A program made the translations under genes and the position numbers. Below are positions 1 to 9,880 of a DNA stretch of 42,167 nt, in pieces; position 1 is the stretch's first letter, and every line of letters starts with the position of its first letter. Under the pieces are notes generated by a model, which was not told the DNA's origin, searched no databases, and saw only the letters and a list, made by a program, of their open reading frames with translations. Source of the DNA: a virus (Duplodnaviria > Caudoviricetes); IMG/VR virus record IMGVR_UViG_3300032288_001600, positions 1-42,167 of that record. One strand, written 5' to 3'.

Positions 1-18
1 ATTCTGAACACCATGCTG
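1..18 (+). repeat. Terminal direct repeat (assembly overlap of a circular or circularly permuted genome)
   Basis: ATTCTGAACACCATGCTG at 1-18 is identical to 42150-42167, and the ORF starting at 41445 continues in frame into 1..1269. Confidence 0.95.
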
Positions 19-1269
19 GCAGCGGACAAGATCAAGGACGCCAAGGAATACTACGAAAAGAATTCCGAGGAGATCGACCCCGAAAAGCGCGACGACTTCA
101 AGAAAGCGCTCAACACCGCCGGTGTGGCCGAAGAGTCCATCAAGCTGGCGCGTGCCATGTCCATCATGAACAATGGCCAAAGCCTCGTGCAACAGCGCGA
201 AGAACTCGACCAGATGCTGGAAAAGGGCGACATCACCGCTGCCACACACTCTGCCACCATGCAGCAGCTCGTGCAGTTGCACACCATCAAGAAGGCCGAG
301 CAGTCCGAGCAAACCGCAGGGCAGGCCACCAATCTGGAATTGAGCCTCAAGGGCAAGGGCGGACTCACCTCGCAATTGACCACGCTGGACACCATGTTCA
401 AGAACGGCCAGATCACCGCCGAGGTGCGAGACAACACGCGCCAGCGCTTGGAGCACAACTACCAGTTGCAAAAGGCTGTGCAAGCCGAGGGCGAGAAGTC
501 CATCATTGGCAATGCCACCGACTGGTTCGTGCAGCACCCAGGAGCCAACATTCTGGATTTCCAGAAGGCCAATCCCGGCGCGTACAACGCACTCAAAAAC
601 AACGGGCACTTGAGCGGCATCGTGTCCTTTGCGCGGGCCAACAAGGTCGACACCGATCCTGCGGTGTGGGCCAGTGTCATGACCAATCAGCAAGAGCTGA
701 AATCCATGACGCCCACGGACATCTACAACAAGTACCGCTTGAAGCTGGACGACGCGCACCTGGACCGCCTCTACGCCATGAACGCGGCGTTGAACGGCAG
801 CAAGGATGAGCAGCACCTGTCGATCATGAGCACCTCGGAGATGGTCAAGGATTCAGCAGTGCGCATGGGTGTATTGCCTGCGTCTGGCAAGCCCGGCGAC
901 TCGCAATCCAAAGCCTTCAACGAATTCCAAAATCAGATCGATGCCAAGGTGGCTGCATTCGAGACCACCACACTGCAAGGCAAGCGCAAGGCCAGCCAGG
1001 AGGAGCTTAAAAAGATCCTCCAAGAGGTGGAGATGGACAAGGTCTATCAACGCCGCACGTTCATGCCCGACAAGCAAGTGCCTCTGATCACCGTGCCTGC
1101 CAACGAAATGGGCAGCGCCTACGTCAAGATCGGACCGGATGAAGTGCCCCTGGCCGCTATCCCTGCCGGGCAGCGTGCGTTGATCATCCCTGCGCTGCGC
1201 CGTGCGGGCAAGCCTATCACCGAAGAGAACATCGCGGACTTCTGGGTTCGTGGCGGCAAGAAAAAATAA
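1..1269 (+). CDS. C-terminal part of an internal virion (ejection) protein; 5' part at 41445-42167, about 657 aa in total
   Basis: In frame across the junction (…GDILNTML-AADKIKD…). Helical Ala/Gln/Lys-rich protein lying between the small internal protein gene and the giant internal protein gene, as in BPP-1/epsilon15-like phages. Confidence 0.75.
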   Translation: MLNTMLAADKIKDAKEYYEKNSEEIDPEKRDDFKKALNTAGVAEESIKLARAMSIMNNGQSLVQQREELDQMLEKGDITAATHSATMQQLVQLHTIKKAEQSEQTAGQATNLELSLKGKGGLTSQLTTLDTMFKNGQITAEVRDNTRQRLEHNYQLQKAVQAEGEKSIIGNATDWFVQHPGANILDFQKANPGAYNALKNNGHLSGIVSFARANKVDTDPAVWASVMTNQQELKSMTPTDIYNKYRLKLDDAHLDRLYAMNAALNGSKDEQHLSIMSTSEMVKDSAVRMGVLPASGKPGDSQSKAFNEFQNQIDAKVAAFETTTLQGKRKASQEELKKILQEVEMDKVYQRRTFMPDKQVPLITVPANEMGSAYVKIGPDEVPLAAIPAGQRALIIPALRRAGKPITEENIADFWVRGGKKK

Positions 1270-1279
1270 GGACACCGTA

Positions 1280-4200
1280 GTGGCAGACAACCCGTACTTC
1301 AAGCTCGTCGACCAAGACCTGGCTGCTGGCATCCCACCGGTGGTGCCCGCTGCCAATGACAACCCCTACATGGACTTGGCCAAGCAAGACTTGGAGCTGT
1401 CGCAGCAGCGCTTAAAGGGCGTGCTCGACATCGTCAGCCCGGTCAACCCGGATCACGCTGCCGAGGCTTTGAAGCTCTCGCGCACCAGCGGCTTGCCACA
1501 GCAAACCGTGCAGGACAACTTAGACGACGTGCGCCGCCAGGAGCGCGTGCGACTGCTCAATTTGCAGCGCATGATGGCCGACTCGCCCGTGCTGGCGCGT
1601 CAGTTGAACGACCCGGTGTTTGCCTCGATTGCCCAGGATCAAACCGAGCAGATGGGCAACATCGAAATGGCGAGCAGCTATGTGGGTCGCTCGTTGCAAT
1701 CGGGCGGCTTGCAGTTGACCGCAGCGGCCACCAAGCTCATGGAGTTTTTTACGCCGACCACGAGCGAAGAAGACTTAGCTACCCTGTTCAAGAACAACCC
1801 GGCAGGCTTGAAAGACATGCGCGAAAACGGCGCAGCCAGTGCGCTCTCGCGCTGGGCGCGTGCGCAGCAGACCATGGCCAACACGATCATGGAAGGCATG
1901 CCCGCCCAGGTCAAGGCCAAGTACGGCAACCTGGAATACCTCACCACCGACACCGACAACGCGGCCTACTTGTCACCGGTCAAGATGATCGGCGACGTGG
2001 TCAATTCACTGCCCACCACCATTGCGCTGATGGGCAGCATGTACCTCACCAAGAGCGCTGCCGGTAGCACGCTTGCACGCTTGGAGCCGTTGATTGGCCG
2101 CGAGGCCGCAATGCGCGAAGCCACCAAGGTTGCAGCCGAGACCATGGCCTACTACAGCGCCGTGTCGGAGGGTGCGGTGGGCTACGCCCAACAGACCAAC
2201 CAGACCCGTGCCGAGGTGGACAAGATCAGCCAGGCCACGCTGGAGAAGTCTCCCGCCTACCAGGATCTGGTCACCGTGCAGGGCTACTCGCCCGAAGCCG
2301 CACGCATTTATCTGTCCGCCACCACAGCAGAGAAGGCAGGCACGATGGCAGGTCTGGTGGACGCCATCACTAACTTCTACGGCGGTCGATTCCTGGGCAA
2401 GCTCATCAACGAGGGCGGCGCACTGGCTCCGCGCATCGGCAAGGGCTTCCTGACCGAGGGCTTGACCGAAGCGCCACAAAGCATGGGCGAGCAGTTTGCG
2501 CAGAACTTAGCCGTGCAGCAGGGCATGAACCCCGACCAGTCCTTGAGCGAGGGTGTGGGCGAGGCCGGAGCGGCAGGCTTCGTGGTGGGCGGCTTGACCG
2601 GTGGCGCATTCAGCGGCGTGTTTGGCCGTGCGCAAGAGACCGTCCAGCAGGGCCAGGAAAGCGCCATGCGGGCCAATCAGATGTTTGGCCTGCTCAACAG
2701 CTTGAACGATATGGCGAGCGCCAGCAAAGTGCGCGAGCGCGACGTGCAGACCTTCGAGGGCTTCATGCAATCCGTGGAGCAAGAGGCTGGTCCGGTCAAC
2801 ATGCTCTACATCGATCCCAAGACATTGGTGGAAACCCTGCAATCAGCCGGGGCCAACGTGCGCCAGGTGGCCGAAGGCTTGCCATCGATGGCCAACCTGG
2901 ACGAGCAGTTGAAAACCGGCACGCTGGTGGCCATTCCCGTGTCAGAGTTTGCCGCCCGCATCGCAGGCACAGACTACGCCCAAGCGCTGATGCCACACTT
3001 GCAAGGTGACCCCAGCGGCATGAGCAAGGTGCAGGCCGATGAGTTCATGCAAAACCACGGCGAGAACCTCAAGGCCGAAGTGGAAAAAGTCTTGGCCGAG
3101 CGCCAGGGCGATGAGGCTTTCAAAGGCTCGATGGAGAAGGTCAAGCAGCAGGTGCTCGATGAGATCACCAACACGCAGCGCTTCACCAAAGATGTGAACG
3201 AGAGCTACGCCACGCTGATGTCCACCTTCTACGGTGTGACCGCTGCCAAGCTGGGCATCACGCCAGAGGAGATGGCTGCACGCTATCCCATCAAGGTGAG
3301 CGCCGAGGGTGTTAACCAGGGCCAGCAGTACGACCAGGCAGGCAATCTCAAAACCGAGACGCCGCAGTTCAAGAGTTTCTTCGGCCAGAGCAAGGTGGTC
3401 GATGCCGCAGGCAATCCGCTGGTGGTCTATCACGGCACTCGACCTGGCAACGACATTGCGCAGTTTGAAGCTCCCAACAAACGCGATGGCATCTACTTCA
3501 CGCCAGATGCAAAGTATGCAGAGGGTTTCACCGAAGAGCTGTTCAGCAACTCAGAAGCAAAGGGCGCGATTTATCCGGTCTACCTCAGCGTGAAAAACCC
3601 GTATGTTGTTCGGGCGCAGGACATGGAGTCTGAAGAGGCCCAGAGCTTTTTGTATCGCGGCTTGAATCGCGCAGACCTTGAGGCTCAAGGATACGACGGT
3701 GCCATGCTCTACATCGGCGACGAGCTAGACCAAGTGATGGCCTTTAGCCCAGAGCAGATCAAGTCTGCCATCGGCAACAACGGCGACTTCGACGCGACCA
3801 ATCCCAACATCCTGATGCAGGACAACGAGGTGGCCAAGGAGTACGCCGAGGAAGACGCCAAGGAAGAGGAGATCTCCGACGACGTCGAGGCGGGCACGCA
3901 AGGCGTAGTGCCCACCACGGTGGACGACCAGGCCGTGCTGGACAGCACGTTGAAGCTCGCCAAGAGCAAGGTGTGGAACAAGGGCCGGGATCTGAAACTG
4001 GCCATCCAGGAAGCCGTCCAGAACGCCGCACAAGCCGCTGGCGTGGACGTGTCGCTACCATCCCCTCAGTCGACCGAATATCTCGTGCGCACGGGCGTGA
4101 AGGACGCCTTGTTCGCCCTTCAGCAAAACCCCAATGCCATCGGCTGGTACGACGTCAAGACACGCCAGGCGCTGTCGGTCATGTCCTTGGTGCACCCCGA

Positions 4201-7200
4201 GATCGCCACCGACCAGAATGCTCGCTTCGCATTTGTGTGGGCGCTGGCCGTGACCAGCAACGGCATGAAGGTGGGCAAGAACTTCGAGCTGGCCGAAGCG
4301 GCCTACGAGGCCTACAAGAAAACCGGCGCGATGCCTACCGACATCCAGGCAGGCCAGGCACAAAAGGCGATCAACGAATCGCTGGCGCTGTTCAATGAAC
4401 TAAAGGCTTCATGGGGCATCGATGACCTGCGCCGCTTCATGCTCACCAATTTCACCGTGGGCGAGATCGCGGCGATCAGCAAGGACTTGAAGCCCGGCGG
4501 CGAACACGCTGCCACCTTCGTCAAGGGTGCGGCCATCCTCGGCCCCAAGATCGGCAACGGGTTCTTCTCCAACCTGTACGGCAACTTCGATGCGCTCACC
4601 ATGGACCGCTGGTTGGTGCGCACCTGGGGCCGCTGGACCGGCACGCTGATCAAGCCCCAGCCAGTGCAAACTGCCAAAGCCCGCGAGCGCCTGAGTGCAG
4701 CGCGTGATGCCGTGGCGGGCGATGCCAAGCTGCAAGAGATTGTCGGCACGCAAATAACCAAGGACACGCCCGTCGACGAGCTGGCCGTGGCCATCCAAGA
4801 GGCCAGCACTGACCCCAAGCTGCGCTCGCAGATGAACGAAACCGAGGCAGGCACGGAGCTGCGCAAGGCGGGCAACAGCCTGGCCAAGTACCTCGATGGC
4901 CAAAAGGAAGCGCCAGCAGGCCCGAACGAGCGCAACTACATCCGCGCTGTGTTTGCCGACATGCTGGCCGAGCTGCAACAGCGCCCCGAGTACGCGGATC
5001 TGACCATGGCCGATTTGCAGGCCGTGCTCTGGTACGCCGAAAAGCGCCTGTACGAGACGGCAAAGTCTGATGTTGATGAGGAAGACGCAACAGAAGGGTA
5101 TACTGACGAGGACGCTCCTGACTACGCGAACGCCGCTGCTGCGGTGGCGCGTGCCAAGGGCGTGTCGGATCGCAAGATCCAGAACGCATTCAAGAAGGAA
5201 GAGCAAAATGGACGCACAGGAGATGCACGATCTGCGGATGTCGCAGGCCAAGCCCAAGCTGGCGGGCAGCAAGCCCAAGCTGTCGGCTTTACTGGCTCAG
5301 AAAAACGGCTCTTCGTCGGAGCCGTTGCAGTCCACCGCGCTCGATCCCACCGCGCAGGCAATGTCGAATCATCCGCAACTTACACGCGAGCAAGCGATAA
5401 AAGACGCGGAGACCCTGGGCTTCTAAAACCCAGATCCAAGAAAGACCTCGGCGTGACCTACACCGCCGAGTGGAAGCCCGGCAAATCCCTGGGCACAATC
5501 TTCAAAGCAAACGGCATTGCCACCCCGACGTTCTACGAACTTGTCCAGGGTGATGAGAAAAACGCACAGCGTTTTGCTGATGCCATCACTGCAAGCAAAC
5601 AAGCCAGCGGCGCAGTCGGTGCGGCGGTCTACGTCTACCCCACCCAGGACTACCAAGGCATGCGCCTGTTCTTGTCCAAGGACGGCAGCGCAGGTGTCGC
5701 GGTCAAAGCCGACGGCGACATCGTCTCCGTGTTTGCAAGCGGCGGGGCAGGGCGCTCGGTGATGGAGCTGGCGGTCGCAGTCGGTGGCACAAAGCTCGAC
5801 GCCTTCGACACTATCCTGCCCACCTACTACGCAGCGCACGGCTTTGTGGCCGCATCGCGTTTGGGCTGGGACGACTCCCAAGCGCCCGAGGGCTGGAGCA
5901 AAGAGGCGCTCGCACGCTACAACAAGGGCGAGCCAGACGTGGTGTTCATGGTGTTGGACAAGGCCTACATGAATGGCTACAGCATCAAGGACGGCAAGCG
6001 CTTGACCGACTACGACAAGGCCGTGGCCACGCAAGAGCGTTTGGTCAAGAAGTTGGCTCCGCTCAACGCGACGCTCTACCAGGGTGAGGAAGCCGCACGC
6101 GGCAAGATCGCCTTCGGCCAGGACATCACGCAAACGCCCAGCGTCATCACGCTCTTCAAGTCGGCCAACCTGTCCACGTTCTTGCACGAGTCTGGGCACT
6201 TCTTCCTCGAGGTCACCGCTGACATTGCCTCGCGTCCCGATGCGCCGAAGGAAATCCAGGACGACATGCAGACCATCTTGAAATGGTTTGGCGTGCAGGA
6301 TCTGGCCACCTGGAAGGCGATGGACCTCGAGGCGCGTCGTCCGTTGCACGAGAAGTTCGCACGCGGGTTTGAGGCCTACCTCTTCGAGGGCAAGTCGCCC
6401 AGCATGGAATTGAACGGCATCTTCCAGCGCTTCCGCGCCTGGCTGGTCAACGTCTACAAGCAAGTGGCCAAGCTCAACGTCGAGATCGATGACGAGATCC
6501 GTGGCGTGTTTGATCGCATGGTGGCCAGCACTGAGGCGATCCAAGAAGCCGAGCAGGCCCGCACCTACGTGCCACTGTTTACCACCAAGCCGCCCTTCAT
6601 GACCGATGAGGAGTGGCTGGCCTACCAGCAGTCCGACGCACAAGCCTCGCAAGACGCGGTGCAATACCTCGAGCAGCGATCTTTGCGCGACATGCAGTGG
6701 GTGTCCAACGCCAAGGCGCGTTTGATGAAGGCCATGCAAAAGGAGAACAGCGCCACACGCAAGGACGTGCGCCGCGAGGTCGAAACCGAGGTGATGGCCG
6801 AGCCGGTCTACCGTGCTCGCGAATTCTTGAAGCGCGGCACGGTCGATGGCCAGCCGGTCGAGGGCGGCTACAAGCTCTCCATCGCTGAGATCGAGTCCAT
6901 GTACGGGGACAACCCCATCGTGGGCATGATCAAAGAGCGCCTGGGCTTTGGCAAGTACGGGATGCTCGGCACAGACAACGGCATTCACCCCCAGCAGGTG
7001 GCCGACATGTTTGGCTTCAGCTCCGGTGACCACCTGGTGCGCTCGCTCCTGGAAGCGCCCGACCCTGCCGGTGTGATCAACGAGCGCACGGACGCTCGCA
7101 TGCTGGAGCGCTACGGCGATTTGAACAGCCCCGAGGCGCTGTCCAAAGCAGCCGACGAGGCCATCCACAACGACGCACGCGCCAAGTTCGTGGCCACCGA

Positions 7201-9817
7201 AGCCAACGCCCTGGCCAAGGCCACGGGTCGCCCCAAGATCCTGGCCGCAGCGGCCAAGGACTTTGCCCAGCAGTTGATCGCCAGGTTGAAGATTCGCAAC
7301 ATCCGGCCTGGCCAGTACGCAGCCTCCGCCTCGCGTGCAGCCAAGAACGCAGCCAAGAGCAAAGACCTGATCGAAGCCGCGACCGAGAAGCGCAACCAGT
7401 TGATCAACACCTATGCTGCCAAAGCAGCCTTCGAGGCCCAGCAAGAGGTGATCCGTGCGGTGCGCTACTTCCGCCGCTTCGAGAGCAAGAACATCTACAA
7501 GTCGGTGCATGTGGACTACCTGGAGCAGATCCACGCGCTGCTCGAGCGCTTTGACCTGCGCACCAGCACCACGCTCACCGAGATCGACAAGCGGGCCTCC
7601 CTCATTCGCTGGGTGGAATCGCAACGCGCCAAAGGCATCGAGCCTGTGATCGCGCCTGAGCTGCTCGATGAGGCCTACAAGATCTCCTACAAGGACATGA
7701 GCCTGGAAGACTTCCGTGGCTTGGTCGACGCGGTCAAGAACATCGAGCACCTGGGCAGACTCAAAGACAAGCTCTTGAAGATCCAGGATCAGCGCGAATT
7801 CCGCGCCACGGCCACCGAAGCAGGGGAGGTGATTCGCGAGAACGCCACCACCAGCATCCCGCAGCAGTTGGAAAAGGTCGGCATCCAGGACGCGGTGACT
7901 TCCACGGGCCGCGAGGTGTTTGCATTCCACCGCAAGTTTGCAAGCCTCATCCGTCAGATGGACGGCTTCAAGGACGGCGGCAAGCTGTGGTCAATCTTCT
8001 CGCGCCCCATGAACGAGGCCGGGGCGATGGAGGCCACCATGCGCGAGCAAGCCACCGTCAAACTGGGCGAACTCTACAAGCTGCTGGGCAAGGTCAACTT
8101 GAAGCAGAAGCTCTTCATCCCAGAGATCGGCGGCAGCTTGTCCCTGGAAGGACGCCTGGCCATCGCGCTCAACATGGGCAACGAGACCAACATGCGCCGC
8201 GTGATGGAGGGCGAGAACTGGAATCCGGCCCAGGTCAACGCGGTGATCGGAAGCCTCACCCGCGAGCAGTGGAACTTTGTGCAGGGCACATGGGACTTCT
8301 TGAATAGCTACTGGCCAGAGATTTCCGCCAAAGAGCGACGCATGACCGGCATCACCCCTGAGAAGGTCGAGGCCCGTCCCTTTGTCGTGACGTTGAAAGA
8401 CGGCACACAGATGTCCTTGAACGGTGGCTACTACCCCATCAAGTACAACCCCGCACGCTCGAGCAAGGCCGAGGCCGACACCGCAGCCGAGGTGTTGAAG
8501 CAAATGGAGCGCGGCCTCTACACCCGGGCACAGACCGCACGCGGTCACATTGAGGCTCGTGTGGAATCCGTGGGCCGACCCATGCGCTACGACTTAGGCG
8601 TGATCGACCAGCACTTGAACCAGGTGATCCATGATCTGAGCTGGCACGAGTACCTGGTGGACGCCAACCGCTTGCTACGCTCCGACCCTGTGGACAGCGC
8701 CATCCGTGAGCACTACGGCCCCGAGGTGTTGAGCACCATGCGCCACATGATGGAAGACATCGCCATTGGCGAGATTCCCACCATGAACGTCGTGGAGCGC
8801 GGTGTGCGCTGGGTGCGCTCTGGTGTGTCCATTGCATCGATGGGCTGGAATCTGATCACCGCCTTCACTCAACCCCTGGGCCTGACCCAGTCGATGGTTC
8901 GCGTGGGGCCAAAGTGGGTGGCCAAGGGCATGGGCCGGTGGCTGCGCGATGCGTCCAGCATGGAGTCCACCGTGCAGTGGATCACCGGCAAATCGGAGTT
9001 CATGCGCGTGCGGGCCAAGACCCAGCAGCGCGAGATCAGCGAGATTCGCAACACCATCCAAAAGGGCGAGACCCGCTCGGCGGTGGAAGGCTCGTTCTTC
9101 TACCTGATCGGCAAGCTCCAGCTCGTGGCCGACGTGCCAACCTGGTTGGGCATGTACGAGAAAGCCATGGCGGAAAACCCCGACGAGGCGCGTGCGATTG
9201 CCATGGCCGACCAGGCGGTGCTCGACTCCCAGGGCGGTGGCCAGATCAAGGACTTGTCGCAGGCCCAGCGCGGCAACGAGTGGCAAAAGCTGTGGACGAA
9301 CTTCTACTCGTTTTTCAACGTCACCTACAACCAGTTGGCCGAGACCGTGGGCGAGACTCGCCTGGTAGGCCCCAGCCGCTTGCCGCTGCTGGCCGTGGAC
9401 GTGCTGATGCTCACCGTGGTGCCCGCGACGCTGGGCTTTTTCTTGAAGGCGGCGTTGAAAGGCAAAGACCTGGACGACGAGGACAAGTTGGCCAAGGAGC
9501 TGGTGGCCGAGAACATCTCCTACCTGATGGGCACAATGATTGGCCTGCGCGAATTGAACGCCGCCGTGTCTGGCTCCATGGGCTACGAAGGCCCAGCCGG
9601 TGCGCGGTTCTTTGCTGACGTGGCCAAGCTGGTCAAGCAAGCCGAGCAAGGTGAGGCGGACGAAGCCTTCTGGCGTGCAGCCAACGAGCTGGGCGGGGTG
9701 CTGTTGCACTACCCAGCCTTGCAAATCGACCGTACCGTGCGGGGCATCATTGCCATGTCGGACGGCTCGACCGAGAACCCCATCGCACCGTTGGTCGGCC
9801 CACCGCCGAAGAACTAA
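1280..9817 (+). CDS. Giant polyvalent internal virion protein (~2,845 aa): LPD22-like N-terminus, ADP-ribosyltransferase, HhH-GPD-like, GNAT-like and zincin metallopeptidase domains
   Basis: GTG at 1280 after TAAGGA. ART-like motifs VYHGT/GIYFT/VYLSVKNP/GYDG/QIKSAIGNNG (~3350-3815). HhH-like motifs GPKIGNGFFSNL…TMDRW…DLQAVLW (~4130-5055). GNAT-like DGDIVSVF…KLDAFD…YYAAHGF (~5560-5960). TFLHESGH…HEKFARGFE (~6100-6530). Confidence 0.85.
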   Translation: MADNPYFKLVDQDLAAGIPPVVPAANDNPYMDLAKQDLELSQQRLKGVLDIVSPVNPDHAAEALKLSRTSGLPQQTVQDNLDDVRRQERVRLLNLQRMMADSPVLARQLNDPVFASIAQDQTEQMGNIEMASSYVGRSLQSGGLQLTAAATKLMEFFTPTTSEEDLATLFKNNPAGLKDMRENGAASALSRWARAQQTMANTIMEGMPAQVKAKYGNLEYLTTDTDNAAYLSPVKMIGDVVNSLPTTIALMGSMYLTKSAAGSTLARLEPLIGREAAMREATKVAAETMAYYSAVSEGAVGYAQQTNQTRAEVDKISQATLEKSPAYQDLVTVQGYSPEAARIYLSATTAEKAGTMAGLVDAITNFYGGRFLGKLINEGGALAPRIGKGFLTEGLTEAPQSMGEQFAQNLAVQQGMNPDQSLSEGVGEAGAAGFVVGGLTGGAFSGVFGRAQETVQQGQESAMRANQMFGLLNSLNDMASASKVRERDVQTFEGFMQSVEQEAGPVNMLYIDPKTLVETLQSAGANVRQVAEGLPSMANLDEQLKTGTLVAIPVSEFAARIAGTDYAQALMPHLQGDPSGMSKVQADEFMQNHGENLKAEVEKVLAERQGDEAFKGSMEKVKQQVLDEITNTQRFTKDVNESYATLMSTFYGVTAAKLGITPEEMAARYPIKVSAEGVNQGQQYDQAGNLKTETPQFKSFFGQSKVVDAAGNPLVVYHGTRPGNDIAQFEAPNKRDGIYFTPDAKYAEGFTEELFSNSEAKGAIYPVYLSVKNPYVVRAQDMESEEAQSFLYRGLNRADLEAQGYDGAMLYIGDELDQVMAFSPEQIKSAIGNNGDFDATNPNILMQDNEVAKEYAEEDAKEEEISDDVEAGTQGVVPTTVDDQAVLDSTLKLAKSKVWNKGRDLKLAIQEAVQNAAQAAGVDVSLPSPQSTEYLVRTGVKDALFALQQNPNAIGWYDVKTRQALSVMSLVHPEIATDQNARFAFVWALAVTSNGMKVGKNFELAEAAYEAYKKTGAMPTDIQAGQAQKAINESLALFNELKASWGIDDLRRFMLTNFTVGEIAAISKDLKPGGEHAATFVKGAAILGPKIGNGFFSNLYGNFDALTMDRWLVRTWGRWTGTLIKPQPVQTAKARERLSAARDAVAGDAKLQEIVGTQITKDTPVDELAVAIQEASTDPKLRSQMNETEAGTELRKAGNSLAKYLDGQKEAPAGPNERNYIRAVFADMLAELQQRPEYADLTMADLQAVLWYAEKRLYETAKSDVDEEDATEGYTDEDAPDYANAAAAVARAKGVSDRKIQNAFKKEEQNGRTGDARSADVAGQAQAGGQQAQAVGFTGSEKRLFVGAVAVHRARSHRAGNVESSATYTRASDKRRGDPGLLKPRSKKDLGVTYTAEWKPGKSLGTIFKANGIATPTFYELVQGDEKNAQRFADAITASKQASGAVGAAVYVYPTQDYQGMRLFLSKDGSAGVAVKADGDIVSVFASGGAGRSVMELAVAVGGTKLDAFDTILPTYYAAHGFVAASRLGWDDSQAPEGWSKEALARYNKGEPDVVFMVLDKAYMNGYSIKDGKRLTDYDKAVATQERLVKKLAPLNATLYQGEEAARGKIAFGQDITQTPSVITLFKSANLSTFLHESGHFFLEVTADIASRPDAPKEIQDDMQTILKWFGVQDLATWKAMDLEARRPLHEKFARGFEAYLFEGKSPSMELNGIFQRFRAWLVNVYKQVAKLNVEIDDEIRGVFDRMVASTEAIQEAEQARTYVPLFTTKPPFMTDEEWLAYQQSDAQASQDAVQYLEQRSLRDMQWVSNAKARLMKAMQKENSATRKDVRREVETEVMAEPVYRAREFLKRGTVDGQPVEGGYKLSIAEIESMYGDNPIVGMIKERLGFGKYGMLGTDNGIHPQQVADMFGFSSGDHLVRSLLEAPDPAGVINERTDARMLERYGDLNSPEALSKAADEAIHNDARAKFVATEANALAKATGRPKILAAAAKDFAQQLIARLKIRNIRPGQYAASASRAAKNAAKSKDLIEAATEKRNQLINTYAAKAAFEAQQEVIRAVRYFRRFESKNIYKSVHVDYLEQIHALLERFDLRTSTTLTEIDKRASLIRWVESQRAKGIEPVIAPELLDEAYKISYKDMSLEDFRGLVDAVKNIEHLGRLKDKLLKIQDQREFRATATEAGEVIRENATTSIPQQLEKVGIQDAVTSTGREVFAFHRKFASLIRQMDGFKDGGKLWSIFSRPMNEAGAMEATMREQATVKLGELYKLLGKVNLKQKLFIPEIGGSLSLEGRLAIALNMGNETNMRRVMEGENWNPAQVNAVIGSLTREQWNFVQGTWDFLNSYWPEISAKERRMTGITPEKVEARPFVVTLKDGTQMSLNGGYYPIKYNPARSSKAEADTAAEVLKQMERGLYTRAQTARGHIEARVESVGRPMRYDLGVIDQHLNQVIHDLSWHEYLVDANRLLRSDPVDSAIREHYGPEVLSTMRHMMEDIAIGEIPTMNVVERGVRWVRSGVSIASMGWNLITAFTQPLGLTQSMVRVGPKWVAKGMGRWLRDASSMESTVQWITGKSEFMRVRAKTQQREISEIRNTIQKGETRSAVEGSFFYLIGKLQLVADVPTWLGMYEKAMAENPDEARAIAMADQAVLDSQGGGQIKDLSQAQRGNEWQKLWTNFYSFFNVTYNQLAETVGETRLVGPSRLPLLAVDVLMLTVVPATLGFFLKAALKGKDLDDEDKLAKELVAENISYLMGTMIGLRELNAAVSGSMGYEGPAGARFFADVAKLVKQAEQGEADEAFWRAANELGGVLLHYPALQIDRTVRGIIAMSDGSTENPIAPLVGPPPKN
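5208..5426 (+). CDS. Putative overprinted 72-aa protein nested in the +1 frame of the giant gene
   Basis: AGGA RBS 8 nt before ATG 5208. The host frame becomes a low-complexity linker and its GC3 falls to ~44% (32/72 by hand count), while nested-frame GC3 is ~76% (55/72). Ordered-looking C-terminus HPQLTREQAIKDAETLGF. Confidence 0.65.
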   Translation: MDAQEMHDLRMSQAKPKLAGSKPKLSALLAQKNGSSSEPLQSTALDPTAQAMSNHPQLTREQAIKDAETLGF

Positions 9818-9818
9818 T

Positions 9819-9851
9819 GGTGCGCGTATCAACCCGTATTTCGCACAGACT
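9819..9851 (+). promoter_or_regulatory. Putative activator-dependent late promoter, copy 1 (tail fibre operon)
   Basis: GGTGCGCGT-N18-CAGACT in the intergenic gap; same spacing as four other copies. Confidence 0.7.
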
Positions 9852-9880
9852 ATCGCCTGTGCTTGCCAAGGAGTAGAGCT

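Noticed and set aside
1-18. Terminal repeat as a biological att core or physical genome end
   Set aside because: It lies inside a continuous ORF, so it is best explained as assembly overlap.
752-760. Minus-strand GGTGCGCGT (also at 23891-23899)
   Set aside because: Inside coding sequence, with no -10-like hexamer at the 18-nt spacing (ACTTGT and GGTCTA); treated as chance matches.
3309-3593. Alternative-frame ORF within the ART domain as a second nested gene
   Set aside because: No convincing RBS, the host frame carries conserved enzyme motifs here, and the product looks like off-frame Ser/Arg-rich sequence.
5423-7930. 835-aa minus-strand ORF, and similar antisense ORFs such as 33077-34522 and 8675-9832
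   Set aside because: Antisense shadows of high-GC3 genes; no recognisable motifs or RBS.
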